In this document: piece after piece, positions 1 to 15,000 of the stretch
Position numbering within the stretch: the first letter of the stretch is position 1
How the letters are laid out: each line of letters starts with the position of its first letter
Assembly: GCA_964016885.1 (NCBI GenBank)
Contig: OZ024740.1
Coordinates: 15,252,001 to 15,316,000, forward strand
DNA: 64,000 nucleotides
Reading direction: 5' to 3'
Origin: Eledone cirrhosa
Taxonomy: Eukaryota
Made by a program: the position numbers and the translations under genes
Notes under the pieces: generated by a model
Told to the model about the DNA's origin: nothing
Databases searched by the model: none
Seen by the model: the letters and a program-made list of their open reading frames with translations, nothing else

Positions 1-3000
1 CACTAAACAGAGGTGTGAAATATAGGATGTTGTAAACACCTTCATGGTTATATTTCCCACTACACAGAGGTGTGAAATATAGGATGTTTTAAACACCTTC
101 ATGGCTATATTTCCCACTAAACAGAGGTGAGGAATATAGGATGTTTTAAACCCATTCATCCTTATATTTCACACTAAACAGAGGTGTGGAATATAGGATG
201 CTTTAAACACCTTCATGGTTATATTTCCCACTAAACAGAGGTGTGAAATATAGGATGTTTTAACACCTTCATGGTTATATTTCCCACTAAACAGAGGTGT
301 GAAATATAGGATGTTTTAAACACATTCATGGTTATATTTCCCACTAAACAGAGGTGTGAAATATAGGATGCTTTAAACACCTTCATGGTTATATTTCCCA
401 CTAAACAGAGGTGTGAAATATAGGATGTTTTAAACACCTTCATGGTTATATTTCCCACTAAACAGAGGTGTGAAATATAGGATGTTTTAAACACCTTCAT
501 GGTTATATTTCCCACTAAACAGAGGTGTGCAATATAGGATGTTTTAAACACCTTCATGGTTATATTTCCCACTAAACAGAGGTGTGAAATATAGGATGTT
601 TTAACACCTTCATGGTTATATTTCCCACTAAACAGAGGTGTGAAATATAGGATGTTGTAAACACCTTCATGGTTATATTTCCCACTACACAGAGGTGTGA
701 AATATAGGATGTTTTAAACACCTTCATGGCTATATTTCCCACTAAACAGAGGTGAGGAATATAGGATGTTTTAAACCCATTCATCCTTATATTTCACACT
801 AAACAGAGGTGTGGAATATAGGATGCTTTAAACACCTTCATGGTTATATTTCCCACTAAACAGAGGTGTGCAATATAGGATGTTTTAAACACCTTCATGG
901 TTATATTTCCCACTAAACAGAGGTGTGAAATATAGGATGTTTTAACACCTTCATGGTTATATTTCCCACTAAACAGAGGTGTGAAATATAGGATGTTGTA
1001 AACACCTTCATGGTTATATTTCCCACTACACAGAGGTGTGAAATATAGGATGTTTTAAACACCTTCATGATTATATTTCCCACTAAACAGAAGTGTGAAA
1101 TATAGGATGTTTTAAACACCTTCATGGTTATATTTCCCACTACAAAGAGGTGTGAAATATAAGATGTTGTAAACACCTTCATGATTATATTTCCCACTAA
1201 ACAGAGGTGTGAAATATAGAATGTTTTAAATACCTTCATGGTTATATTTCCCAATAAACAGAGGTGTGAAATATAGGATGTTTTAAACACCTTCATGGCT
1301 ATATTTCCCACTAAACAGAGGTGTGAAATATAGGATGTTTTAAACACCTTCATGGCTATATTTCCCACTAAACAGAGGTGTGAAATATAGGATGTTTTAA
1401 ACACCTTCATGGTTATATTTCCCACTAAACTGAGGTGTGAAATATCGGATGTTTTAAACACCTTCATGGTTAAATTTCCCACTAAACAGAGGTGTGAAAT
1501 ATAGGATGTTTTAAACACCTTCATGGCTATATTTCCCACTAAACAGAGGTGTGGAATATAGGATGTCTTAAACCCCTTCATGGTTATATTTCACACTAAA
1601 CAGAGGTGTGGAATATAGGATGTTTAAAACACCTTCATGGTTATATTTCCCACTAAACAGAGGTGTGAAATATAGAATGTTTTAAATACCTTCATGGTTA
1701 TATTTCCCAATAAACAGAGGTGTGAGATATAGGATGTTTTAAACACCTTCATGGTTATATTTCCCACTAAACAGAGGTGTGCAATATAGGATGTTTTAAA
1801 CACCTTCATGGTTATATTTCCCACTAAACTGAGGTGTGAAATATCGGATGTTTTAAACAACTTCATGGTTATATTTCCCACTAAACAGAGGTGTGAAATA
1901 TAGGATGTTTTAAACACCTTCATGGTTATATTTCCCACTAAACAGAGGTGTGAAATATAGGATGTTGTAAACACCTTCATGGTTACATTTCCCACTAAAC
2001 AGGGGTGTGAAATATAGGATGTTTAAAACACCTTCATGGTTATGTTTCCCACTAAACAGAGGTGTGAAATATAGGATGTTTTAACACCTTCATGGTTATA
2101 TTTCCCACTAAACAGAGGTGTGAAATATAGGATGTTTTAAACACCTTCATGGTATTATTTCCCACTAAACAGAGGTGTGAAATATAGGATGTTTTAAACA
2201 CCTTCATGATTATATTTCCCACTAAACAGAAGTGTGAAATATAGGATGTTTTAAACACCTTCATGGTTATATTTCCCACTACAAAGAGGTGTGAAATATA
2301 GGATGTTGTAAACACCTTCATGATTATATTTCCCACTAAACAGAGGTGTGAAATATAGGATGTTGTAAACACCTTCATGATTATATTTCCCACTAAACAG
2401 AGGTGTCAAATATAGAATGTTTTAAACACCTTCATGGCTATATTTCCCACTAAACAGAGTTGTGCAATATAGGATGTTTTAAACACATTCATGGTGATAT
2501 TTCCCACTAGACAGAGGTGTGAAATATAGGATGTTTTAAACACATTCATGGTTATATTTCCCACTAAACTGAGGTGTGAAATATCGGATGTTTTAAACAC
2601 CTTCATGGTTAAATTTCCCACCAAACAGAGGTGTGAAATATAGGATGTTTTAAACACCTTCATGGTATTATTTCCCACTAAACAGAGGTGTGAAATATAG
2701 GATGTTTTAAACACCTTCATGGCTATATTTCCCACTAAACAGAGGTGAGGAATATAGGATGTTTTAAACCCATTCATCGTTATATTTCACACTAAACAGA
2801 GGTGTGGAATATAGGATGCTATAAACACCTTCATGGTTATATTTCCCACTAAACAGAGGTGTGAAATATAGGATGCTTTAAACACCTTCATGGTTATATT
2901 TCCCACTAAACAGAGGTGTGAAATATAGGATGTTTTAAACACCTTCATGGTTATATTTCCCACTAAACAGAGGTGTGAAATATAGGATGTTTTAAACACC

Positions 3001-6000
3001 TTCATGTTTATATTTCCCACTAAACAGAGGTGTGGAATATAGGATGTTTTAAACACCTTCATGGTTATATTTCCCACTAAACAGAGGTGTGAAATATAGG
3101 ATGTTTTAACACCTTCATGGTTATATTTCCCACTAAACAGAGGTGTGAAATATAGGATGTTGTAAACACCTTCATGGTTATATTTCCCACTAAACAGAGG
3201 TGTGAAATATAGGATGTTTTAAACACCTTCATGTTTATATTTCCCAGTAAACAGAGGTGTGAAATATAGGATGTTGTAAACACCTTCATGGTTACATTTC
3301 CCACTAAACAGAGGTGTGAAATATAGGATGTTTTAAACACCTTCATGGTTATATTTCCCACTAAATAGAGGTGTGAAATATAGGATGTTTTAAACACCTT
3401 CATGTCTATATTTCCCACTAAACAGAGTTATGCAATATAGGATGTTTTAAACACATTCATGGTGATATTTCCCACTAAACAGAGGTGTGAAATATAGGAT
3501 GTTTTAAACACATTCATGGTTATATTTCCCACTAAACTGAGGTGTGAAATATCGGATGTTTTAAACACCTTCATGGTTAAATTTCCCACTAAACAGAGGT
3601 GTGAAATATAGGATGTTTTAAACACCTTCATGGCTATATTTCCCACTAAACAGAGGTGAGGAATATAGGATGTTTTAAACCCATTCATCGTTATATTTCA
3701 CACTAAACAGAGGTGTGGAATATAGGATGCTTTAAACACCTTCATGGTTATATTTCCCACTAAACAGAGGTGTGAAATATAGGATGCTTTAAACACCTTC
3801 ATGGTTATATTTCCCACTAAACAGAGGTGTGAAATATAGGATGTTTTAAACACCTTCATGGTTATATTTCCCACTAAACAGAGGTGTGAAATATAGGATG
3901 TTTTAAACACCTTCATGGTTATATTTCCCACTAAACAGTGGTGTGCAATATAGGATGTTTTAAACACCTTCATGGTTATATTTCCCACTAAACAGAGGTG
4001 TGAAATATAGGATGTTTTAACACCTTCATGGTTATATTTCCCACTAAACAGAGGTGTGAAATATAGGATGTTGTAAACACCTTCATGGTTATATTTCCCA
4101 CTACACAGAGGTGTGAAATATAGGATGTTTTAAACACCTTCATGATTATATTTCCCACTAAACAGAAGTGTGAAATATAGGATGTTTTAAACACCTTCAT
4201 GGTTATATTTCCCACTACAAAGAGGTGTGAAATATAAGATGTTGTAAACACCTTCATGATAATATTTCCCACTAAACAGAGGTGTGAAATATAGAATGTT
4301 TTAAATACCTTCATGGTTATATTTCCCAATAAACAGAGGTGTGAAATATAGGATGTTTTAAACACCTTCATGGCTATATTTCCCACTAAACAGAGGTGTG
4401 AAATATAGGATGTTTTAAACACCTTCATGGCTATATTTCCCACTAAACAGAGGTGTGAAATATAGGATGTTTTAAACACCTTCATGGTTATATTTCCCAC
4501 TAAACTGAGGTGTGAAATATCGGATGTTTTAAACACCTTCATGGTTAAATTTCCCACTAAACAGAGGTGTGAAATATAGGATGTTTTAAACACCTTCATG
4601 GCTATATTTCCCACTAAACAGAGGTGTGGAATATAGGATGTCTTAAACCCCTTCATGGTTATATTTCACACTAAACAGAGGTGTGGAATATAGGATGTTT
4701 AAAACACCTTCATGGTTATATTTCCCACTAAACAGAGGTGTGAAATATAGAATGTTTTAAATACCTTCATGGTTATATTTCCCAATAAACAGAGGTGTGA
4801 GATATAGGATGTTTTAAACACCTTCATGGTTATATTTCCCACTAAACAGAGGTGTGCAATATAGGATGTTTTAAACACCTTCATGGTTATATTTCCCACT
4901 AAACTGAGGTGTGAAATATCGGATGTTTTAAACAACTTCATGGTTATATTTCCCACTAAACAGAGGTGTGAAATATAGGATGTTTTAAACACCTTCATGG
5001 TTATATTTCCCACTAAACAGAGGTGTGAAATATAGGATGTTTAAAACACCTTCATGGTTATGTTTCCCACTAAACAGAGGTGTGAAATATAGGATGTTTT
5101 AACACCTTCATGGTTATATTTCCCACTAAACAGAGGTGTGAAATATAGGATGTTTTAAACACCTTCATGGTATTATTTCCCACTAAACAGAGGTGTGAAA
5201 TATAGGATGTTTTAAACACCTTCATGATTATATTTCCCACTAAACAGAAGTGTGAAATATAGGATGTTTTAAACACCTTCATGGTTATATTTCCCACTAC
5301 AAAGAGGTGTGAAATATAGGATGTTGTAAACACCTTCATGATTATATTTCCCACTAAACAGAGGTGTGAAATATAGGATGTTGTAAACACCTTCATGATT
5401 ATATTTCCCACTAAACAGAGGTGTCCAATATAGAATATTTTAAACACCTTCATGGCTATATTTCCCACTAAACAGAGTTGTGCAATATAGGATGTTTTAA
5501 ACACATTCATGGTGATATTTCCCACTAGACAGAGGTGTGAAATATAGGATGTTTTAAACACATTCATGGTTATATTTCCCACTAAACTGAGGTGTGAAAT
5601 ATCGGATGTTTTAAACACCTTCATGGTTAAATTTCCCACCAAACAGAGGTGTGAAATATAGGATGTTTTAAACACCTTCATGGTATTATTTCCCACTAAA
5701 CAGAGGTGTGAAATATAGGATGTTTTAAACACCTTCATGGCTATATTTCCCACTAAACAGAGGTGAGGAATATAGGATGTTTTAAACCCATTCATCGTTA
5801 TATTTCACACTAAACAGAGGTGTGGAATATAGGATGCTATAAACACCTTCATGGTTATATTTCCCACTAAACAGAGGTGTGAAATATAGGATGCTTTAAA
5901 CACCTTCATGGTTATATTTCCCACTAAACAGAGGTGTGAAATATAGGATGTTTTAAACACCTTCATGGTTATATTTCCCACTAAACAGAGGTGTGAAATA

Positions 6001-9000
6001 TAGGATGTTTTAAACACCTTCATGTTTATATTCCCCACTAAACAGAGGTGTGGAATATAGGATGTTTTAAACACCTTCATGGTTATATTTCCCACTAAAC
6101 AGAGGTGTGAAATATAGGATGTTTTAACACCTTCATGGTTATATTTCCCACTAAACAGAGGTGTGAAATATAGGATGTTGTAAACACCTTCATGGTTATA
6201 TTTCCCACTACACAGAGGTGTGAAATATAGGATGTTGTAAACACCTTCATGATTATATTTCCCACTAAACAGAGGTGTGAAATATAGAATGTTTTAAATA
6301 CCTTCATGGTTATATTTCCCACTAAACAGAGGTGTGAAATATAGGATGTTTAAAACACCTTCATGGCTATATTTCCCAATAAACAGAGGTGTGAAATATA
6401 GAATGTTTTAAATACCCTCATGTTTATATTTCCCAATAAACAGAGGTGTGAAATATAGGATGTTTTAAACACCTTCATGGTTATATTTCCCACTAAACAG
6501 AGGTGTGAAATATAGGATGTTTTAAACACCTTCATGGTTATATTTCGCACTAGACAGAGGTGTGAAATATAGGATGTTTTAAACCCCTTCATGGTTATAT
6601 TTCCCACTAAACAGAGGTGTGCAATATAGGATGTTTTAAACACCTTCATGGTATATTTCCCACTAAACTGAGGTGTGAAATATCGGATGTTTTAAACACC
6701 TTCATGTTTATATTTCCCACTAAACAAAGGTGTGAAATATAGGATGTTTTAAACACCTTGATGGTTATATTTCCCACTAAACAGAGGTCTGAAATATAGG
6801 ATGTTGTAAACACCTTCATGGTTACATTTCCCACTAAACAGAGGTGTGAAATATAGGATGATTTAAACACCTTCATTATTATATTTCCCACTAAACAGAG
6901 GTGTGAAATATAGGATGTTGTAAACACCTTCATGGTTATATTTCCCACTAAACCGAGGTGTGCAATATAGGATGATTTAAACACCTTCATTATTATATTT
7001 CCCACTAAACAGAGGTGTGAAATATAGGATGTTGTAAACACCTTCATGGTTATATTTCCCATTAAACAGAGGTGTGAAATATAGAATGATTTAAATACCT
7101 TCATGGTTATATTTCCCAATAATCAGAGGTGTGAAATATAGGATGTTTTAAACACCTTCATGGTTATATTTCCCACTAAACAGAGGTGTGAAATATAGGA
7201 TGTTGTAAACACCTTCATGGTTACATTTCCCACTAAACAGAGGTGTGAAATATAGGATGTTTAAAACACCTTCATGGTTATATTTCCCACTAAACAGAGG
7301 TGTGAAATATAGGATGTTTTAACACCTTCATGATTATATTTCCCACTAAACAGAGGTGTGAAATATAGGATGTTATAAACACCTTCATGGTTATATTTCC
7401 CACTAAACAGAGGTGTGAAATATAGGATGTTTTAAACACCTCCATGATTATGTTTCCCACTAAACAGAGGTGTCAAATATAGGATGTTTTAAACACCTTC
7501 ATGGTTATATTTCCCACTAAACAGAGGTGTGAAATATAGGATGTTTTAAACACCTTCATGGTTATATTTCCCACTAAACAGAGGTGTGCAATATACGATG
7601 TTTTAAACAACTTCATGATTATATTTCCCACTAAACAGAGGTGTGAAATATAGGATGTTGTAAACACCTTCATGGTTGTATTTCCCACTACACAGAGGTG
7701 TGAAATATAGGATGTTGTAAACACCTTCATGATTATATTTCCCACTAAACAGAGGTGTGAAATATAGAATGTTTTAAATACCTTCATGGTTATATTTCCC
7801 AATAAACAAAGGTGTTAAATATAGGATGTTTTAAACACCTTCATGGTTATATTTCCCACTAAACAGAGGTGTGAAATATAGAATGTTTTAAACACCTTCA
7901 TGGTTATATATCCCACTAAACAGAGGTGTGAAATATAGGATGTTTTAAACACCTTCATGGTTATATTTCCCACTAAACAGAGGTGTGAAATATAGGATGT
8001 TTTAAACACCTTCATGGTTATAATTCCCACTAAACAGAGGTGTGAAATATAGGATGTTTTAAACACCTTCATGGCTATATTTCCCACTAAACAGAGTTAT
8101 GCAATATAGGATGTTTTAAACACATTCATAGTGATATTTCCCACTAAACAGAGGTGTGAAATATAGGATGTTTTAAACACATTCATGGTTATATTTCCCA
8201 CTAAACTGAGGTGTGAAATATCGGATGTTTTAAACACCTTCATGGTTAAATTTCCCACTAAACAGAGGTGTGAAATATAGGATGTTTTAAACACCTTCAT
8301 GGCTATATTTCCCACTAAACAGAGGTGAGGAATATAGGATGTTTTAAACCCATTCATCCTTATATTTCACACTAAACAGAGGTGTGGAATATAGGATGCT
8401 TTAAACACCTTCATGGTTATATTTCCCACTAAACAGAGGTGTGAAATATAGGATGCTTTAAACACCTTCATGGTTATATTTCCCACTAAACAGAGGTGTG
8501 AAATATAGGATGTTTTAAACACCTTCATGGTTATATTTCCCACTAAACAGAGGTGTGAAATATAGGATGTTTTAAACACCTTCATGGTTATATTTCCCAC
8601 TAAACAGAGGTGTGCAATATAGGATGTTTTAAACACCTTCATGGTTATATTTCCCACTAAACAGAGGTGTGAAATATAGGATGTTTTAACACCTTCATGG
8701 TTATATTTCCCACTAAACAGAGGTGTGAAATATAGGATGTTGTAAACACCTTCATGATTATATTTCCCACTAAACAGAAGTGTGAAATATAGGATGTTTT
8801 AAACACCTTCATGGTTATATTTCCCACTACAAAGAGGTGTGAAATATAGGATGTTGTAAACACCTTCATGATTATATTTCCCACTAAACAGAGGTGTGAA
8901 ATATAGAATGTTTTAAATACCTTCATGGTTATATTTCCCAATAAACAGAGGTGTGAAATATAGGATGTTTTAAACACCTTCATGGCTATATTTCCCACTA

Positions 9001-12000
9001 AACAGAGGTGTGAAATATAGGATGTTTTAAACACCTTCATGGCTATATTTCCCACTAAACAGAGGTGTGAAATATAGGATGTTTTAAACACCTTCATGGT
9101 TATATTTCCCACTAAACTGAGGTGTGAAATATCGGATGTTTTAAACACCTTCATGGTTAAATTTCCCACTAAACAGAGGTGTGCAATATAGGATGTTTTA
9201 AACACCTTCATGGTTATATTTCCCACTACAAAGAGGTGTGAAATATAGGATGTTGTAAACACCTTCATGATTATATTTCCCACTAAACAGAGGTGTCAAA
9301 TATAGAATGTTTTAAATACCTTCATGGTTATATTTCCCAATAAACAGAGGTGTGAAATATAGGATGTTTTAAACACCTTCATGGTTATATTTCCCACTAA
9401 ACAGAGGTGTGAAATATAGGATGTTTTAAACACCTTCATGGCTATATTTCCCACTAAACAGAGGTGTGGAATATAGGATGTCTTAAACCCCTTCATGGTT
9501 ATATTTCACACTAAACAGAGGTGTGGAATATAGGATGTTTAAAACACCTTCATGGTTATATTTCCCACTAAACAGAGGTGTGAAATATAGAATGTTTTAA
9601 ATACCTTCATGGTTATATTTCCCAATAAACAGAGGTGTGAGATATAGGATGTTTTAAACACCTTCATGGTTATATTTCCCACTAAACAGAGGTGTGCAAT
9701 ATAGGATGTTTTAAACACATTCATGGTTATATTTCCCACTAAACTGAGGTGTGAAATATCGGATGTTTTAAACAACTTCATGGTTATATTTCCCACTAAA
9801 CAGAGGTGTGAAATATAGGATGTTTTAAACACCTTCATGGTTATATTTCCCACTAAACAGAGGTGTGAAATATAGGATGTTGTAAACACCTTCATGGTTA
9901 CATTTCCCACTAAACAGAGGTGTGAATTATAGGATGTTTAAAACAACTTCATGATTATGTTTCCCACTAAACAGAGGTGTGAAATATAGGATGTTTTAAC
10001 ACCTTCATGGTTATATTTCCCACTAAACAGAGGTGTGAAATATAGGATGTTTTAAACACCTTCATGGTATTATTTCCCACTAAACAGAGGTGTGAAATAT
10101 AGGATGTTTTAAACACCTTCATGATTATATTTCCCACTAAACAGAAGTGTGAAATATAGGATGTTTTAAACACCTTCATGGTTATATTTCCCACTACAAA
10201 GAGGTGTGAAATATAGGATGTTGTAAACACCTTCATGATTATATTTCCCACTAAACAGAGGTGTCAAATATAGAATGTTTTAAATACCTTCATGGTTATA
10301 TTTCCCAATAAACAGAGGTGTGAAATATAGGATGTTTTAAACACCTTCATGGTTATATTTCCCACTAAACAGAGGTGTGAAATATAGGATGTTTTAAACA
10401 CCTTCATGGCTATATTTCCCACTAAACAGAGTTGTGCAATATAGGATGTTTTAAACACATTCATGGTGATATTTCCCACTAAACAGAGGTGTGAAATATA
10501 GGATGTTTTAAACACATTCATGGTTATATTTCCCACTAAACTGAGGTGTGAAATATCGGATGTTTTAAACACCTTCATGGTTAAATTTCCCACCAAACAG
10601 AGGTGTGAAATATAGGATGTTTTAAACACCTTCATGGTATTATTTCCCACTAAACAGAGGTGTGAAATATAGAATGTTTTAAACACCTTCATGGTTATAT
10701 TTCCCACTAAACAGAGGTGTTAAATATAGGATGTTTTAAACACCTTCATGGTTATATTTCCCACTAAACAGAGGTGTGGAATATAGGATGTTTTAAACAC
10801 CTTCATGGTTATATTTCCCACTAAACAGAGGTATGAAATATAGGATGTTTTAACACCTTCATGGTTATATTTCCCACTAAACAGAGGTGTGAAATATAGG
10901 ATGTTGTAAACACCTTCATGGTTATATTTCCCACTACACAGAGGTGTGAAATATAGGATGTTGTAAACACCTTCATGATTATATTTCCCACTAAACAGAG
11001 GTGTGAAATATAGAATGTTTTAAATACCTTCATGGTTATATTTCCCACTAAACAGAGGTGAGAAATATAGGATGTTTAAAACACCTTCATGGCTATATTT
11101 CCCAATAAACAGAGGTGTGAAATATAGAATGTTTTAAATACCCTCATGTTTATATTTCCCAATAAACAGAGGTGTGAAATATAGGATGTTTTAAACACCT
11201 TCATGGTTATATTTCCCACTAAACAGAGGTGTGAAATATAGGATGTTTTAAACACCTTCATGGTTATATTTCGCACTAGACAGAGGTGTGAAATATAGGA
11301 TGTTTTAAACCCCTTCATGGTTATATTTCCCACTAAACAGAGGTGTGCAATATAGGATGTTTTAAACACCTTCATGGTATATTTCCCACTAAACTGAGGT
11401 GTGAAATATCGGATGTTTTAAACACCTTCATGGTTATATTTCCCACTAAACAAAGGTGTGAAATATAGGATGTTTTAAACACCTTGATGGTTATATTTCC
11501 CACTAAACCGAGGTGTGCAATATAGGATGATTTAAACACCTTTATTATTATATTTCCCACTAAACAGAGGTGTGAAATATAGGATGTTGTAAACACCTTC
11601 ATGGTTATATTTCCCACTACACAGAGGTGTGAAATATAGGATGTTGTAAACACCTTCATGATTATATTTCCCATTAAACAGAGGTGTGAAATATAGAATG
11701 ATTTAAATACCTTCATGTTTATATTTCCCAATAATCAGAGGTGTGAAATATAGGATGTTTTAAACACCTTCATGGTTATATTTCCCACTAAACAGAGGTG
11801 TGAAATATAGGATGTTGTAAACACCTTCATGGTTACATTTCCCACTAAACAGAGGTGTGAAATATAGGATGTTTAAAACACCTTCATGGTTATATTTCCC
11901 ACTAAACAGAGGTGTGAAATATAGGATGTTTTAACACCTTCATGATTATATTTCCCACTAAACAGAGGTGTGAAATATAGGATGTTATAAACACCTTCAT

Positions 12001-15000
12001 GGTTATATTTCCCACTAAACAGAGGTGTGAAATATAGGATGTTTTAAACACCTCCATGGTTATGTTTCCCACTAAACAGAGGTGTCAAATATAGGATGTT
12101 TTAAACACCTTCATGGTTATATTTCCCACTAAACAGAGGTGTGAAATATAGGATGTTTTAAACACCTTCATGGTTATATTTCCCACTAAACAGAGGTGTG
12201 CAATATACGATGTTTTAAACAACTTCATGATTATATTTCCCACTAAACAGAGGTGTGAAATATAGGATGTTGTAAACACCTTCATGGTTGTATTTCCCAC
12301 TACACAGAGGTGTGAAATATAGGATGTTGTAAACACCTTCATGATTATATTTCCCACTAAACAGAGGTGTGAAATTTAGAATGTTTTAAATACCTTCATG
12401 GTTATATTTCCCAATAAACAAAGGTGTTAAATATAGGATGTTTTAAACACATTCATGGTTATATTTCCCACTAAACAGAGGTGTGAAATATAGAATGTTT
12501 TAAACACCTTCATGGTTATATATCCCACTAAACAGAGGTGTGAAATATAGGATGTTTTAAACACCTTCATGGTTATATTTCCCACTAAACAGAGGTGTGA
12601 AATATCGGATATTTTAAACACCTTCATGGTTAAATTTCCCACTAAACAGAGCTGTGAAATATAGAATGTTTTAAACACCTTCATGGCTATATTTCCCACT
12701 AAACAGAGGTGTGGAATATAGGATGTTTTAAACCCCTTCATGGTTATATTTCCCACTAAACAGAGGTGTGAAATATAGGATGCTTTAAACACCTTCATGG
12801 TTATATTTCCCACTAAACAGAGGTGTGAAATATAGGATGTTTTAAACACCTTCATGGTTATATTTCCCACTAAACAGAGGTGTGAAATATAGGATGTTTT
12901 AAACACCTTCATGGTTATATTTCCCACTAAACAGAGGTGTACAATATAGGATGTTTTAAACACCTTCATGATTATATTTCCGACTAAACAGAGATGTGAA
13001 ATATAGGATGTTTTAAACACCTTCATGTTTATATTTCACACTAAACAGAGGTGTGAAATATAGGATGTTTTAAACACCTTCATGGTTATATTTCCCACTA
13101 AACAGAGGTGTGAAATATAGGATGTTTTAAACCTCTTCATGTTTATATTTCCCACTAAACAGAGGTGTGCAATATAGGATGTTTTAATCACCTTCATGAT
13201 TATATTTCCCACTAAACAGAGGTGTGAAATATAGGATGTTGTAAACACCTTCATGGTTATATTTCCCACTACACAGAGGTGTGAAATATAGGATGTTGTA
13301 AACACCTTCATGATTATATTTCCCACTAAACAGAGGTGTGACATATAGAATGTTTTAAATACCTTCATGGTTATATTTCCCAATAAACAGAGGTGTGAAA
13401 TATAGGATGTCTTAAACACCTTCATGGTTATATTTCCCACTAAACAGAGGTGTGAAATATAGGATGTTTTAAACACCTTCATGGCTATATTTCCCACTAA
13501 ACAGAGGTGTGTTATATAGGATGTTTTAAACCCCTTCCTGGTTATATTTCCCACTAAACAGAGGTGTGAAATATAGGATGTTGTAAACACATTCATGGTT
13601 ATATTTCCCACTACACAGAGGTGTGAAATATAGGATGTTGTAAACACCTTCATGATTATATTTCCCACTAAACAGAGGTGTGAAATATAGGATGCTTTAA
13701 ACACCTTCATGGCTATATTTCCCACTAAACAGAGGTGTGAAATATAGGATGTTTTAACACCTTCATGGTTATATTTCCCACTAAACAGAGGTGTGAAATA
13801 TAGGATGCTTTAAACACCTTCATGGTTATATTTCCCACTAAACAGAGGTGTGAAATATAGGATGTTTTAAACACCTTCATGGTTATATTTCCCACTAAAC
13901 AGAGGTGTGAAATATAGGATGTTTTAAACACCTTCATGGTTATATTTCCCACTAAACAGAGGTGTGCAATATAGGATGTTTTAAACACCTTCATGGTTAT
14001 ATTTCCGACTAAACAGAGGTGTGAAATATAGGATGTTTTAAACACCTTCATGTTTATATTTCCCACTAAACAGAGGTGTGAAATATAGGATGTTTTAAAC
14101 ACCTTCATGTTTATATTTCCCACTAAACAGAGGTGTGCAATATAGGATGTTTTAAACACCTTCATGATTATATTTCCCACTAAACAGAGGTGTGAAATAT
14201 AGGATGTTGTAAACACCTTCATGGTTATATTTCCCACTACACAGAGGTGTGAAATATAGGATGTTGTAAACACCTTCATGATTATATTTCCCACTAAACA
14301 GAGGTGTGAAATATAGAATGTTTTAAATACCTTCATGGTTATATTTCCCAATAAACAGAGATGTGAAATATAGGATGTTTTAAACACCTTCATGTTTATA
14401 TTTCCCACTAAACAGAGGTGTGAAATATAGGATGTTTTAAACACCTTCATGGCTATATTTCCCACTAAACAGAGGTGTGAAATATAGGATGTTGTAAACA
14501 CCTTCATGGTTACATTTCCCACTAAACAGAGGTGTGAAATATAGGATGTTTAAAACACCTTCATGCTTATACTTCCCACTAAACAGAGGTGTGAAATATA
14601 GGATGTTGTAAACACCTTCATGGTTACATTTCCCACTAAACAGAGGTGTGAAATATAGGATGTTTAAAACACCTTCATGGTTATACTTCCCACTAAACAG
14701 AGGTGTGAAATATAGGATGTTTTAACACCTTCATGGTTATATTTCCCACTAAACAGAGGTGTCAAATATAGGATGTTTTAAACACCTTCATGGTTATATT
14801 TCCCACTAAACAGAGGTGTGAAATATAGGATGTTTTAAACACCTTCATGGTTATGTTTCCCACTAAGCAGGGGTGTCACATATAGGATGTTTTAAACACC
14901 TTCATGGTTATATTTCCCACTAAACAGAGGTGTGCAATATACGATGTTTTAAACACCTTCATGTTTATATTTCCCACTAAGCAGAGGTGTGAAATATAGG

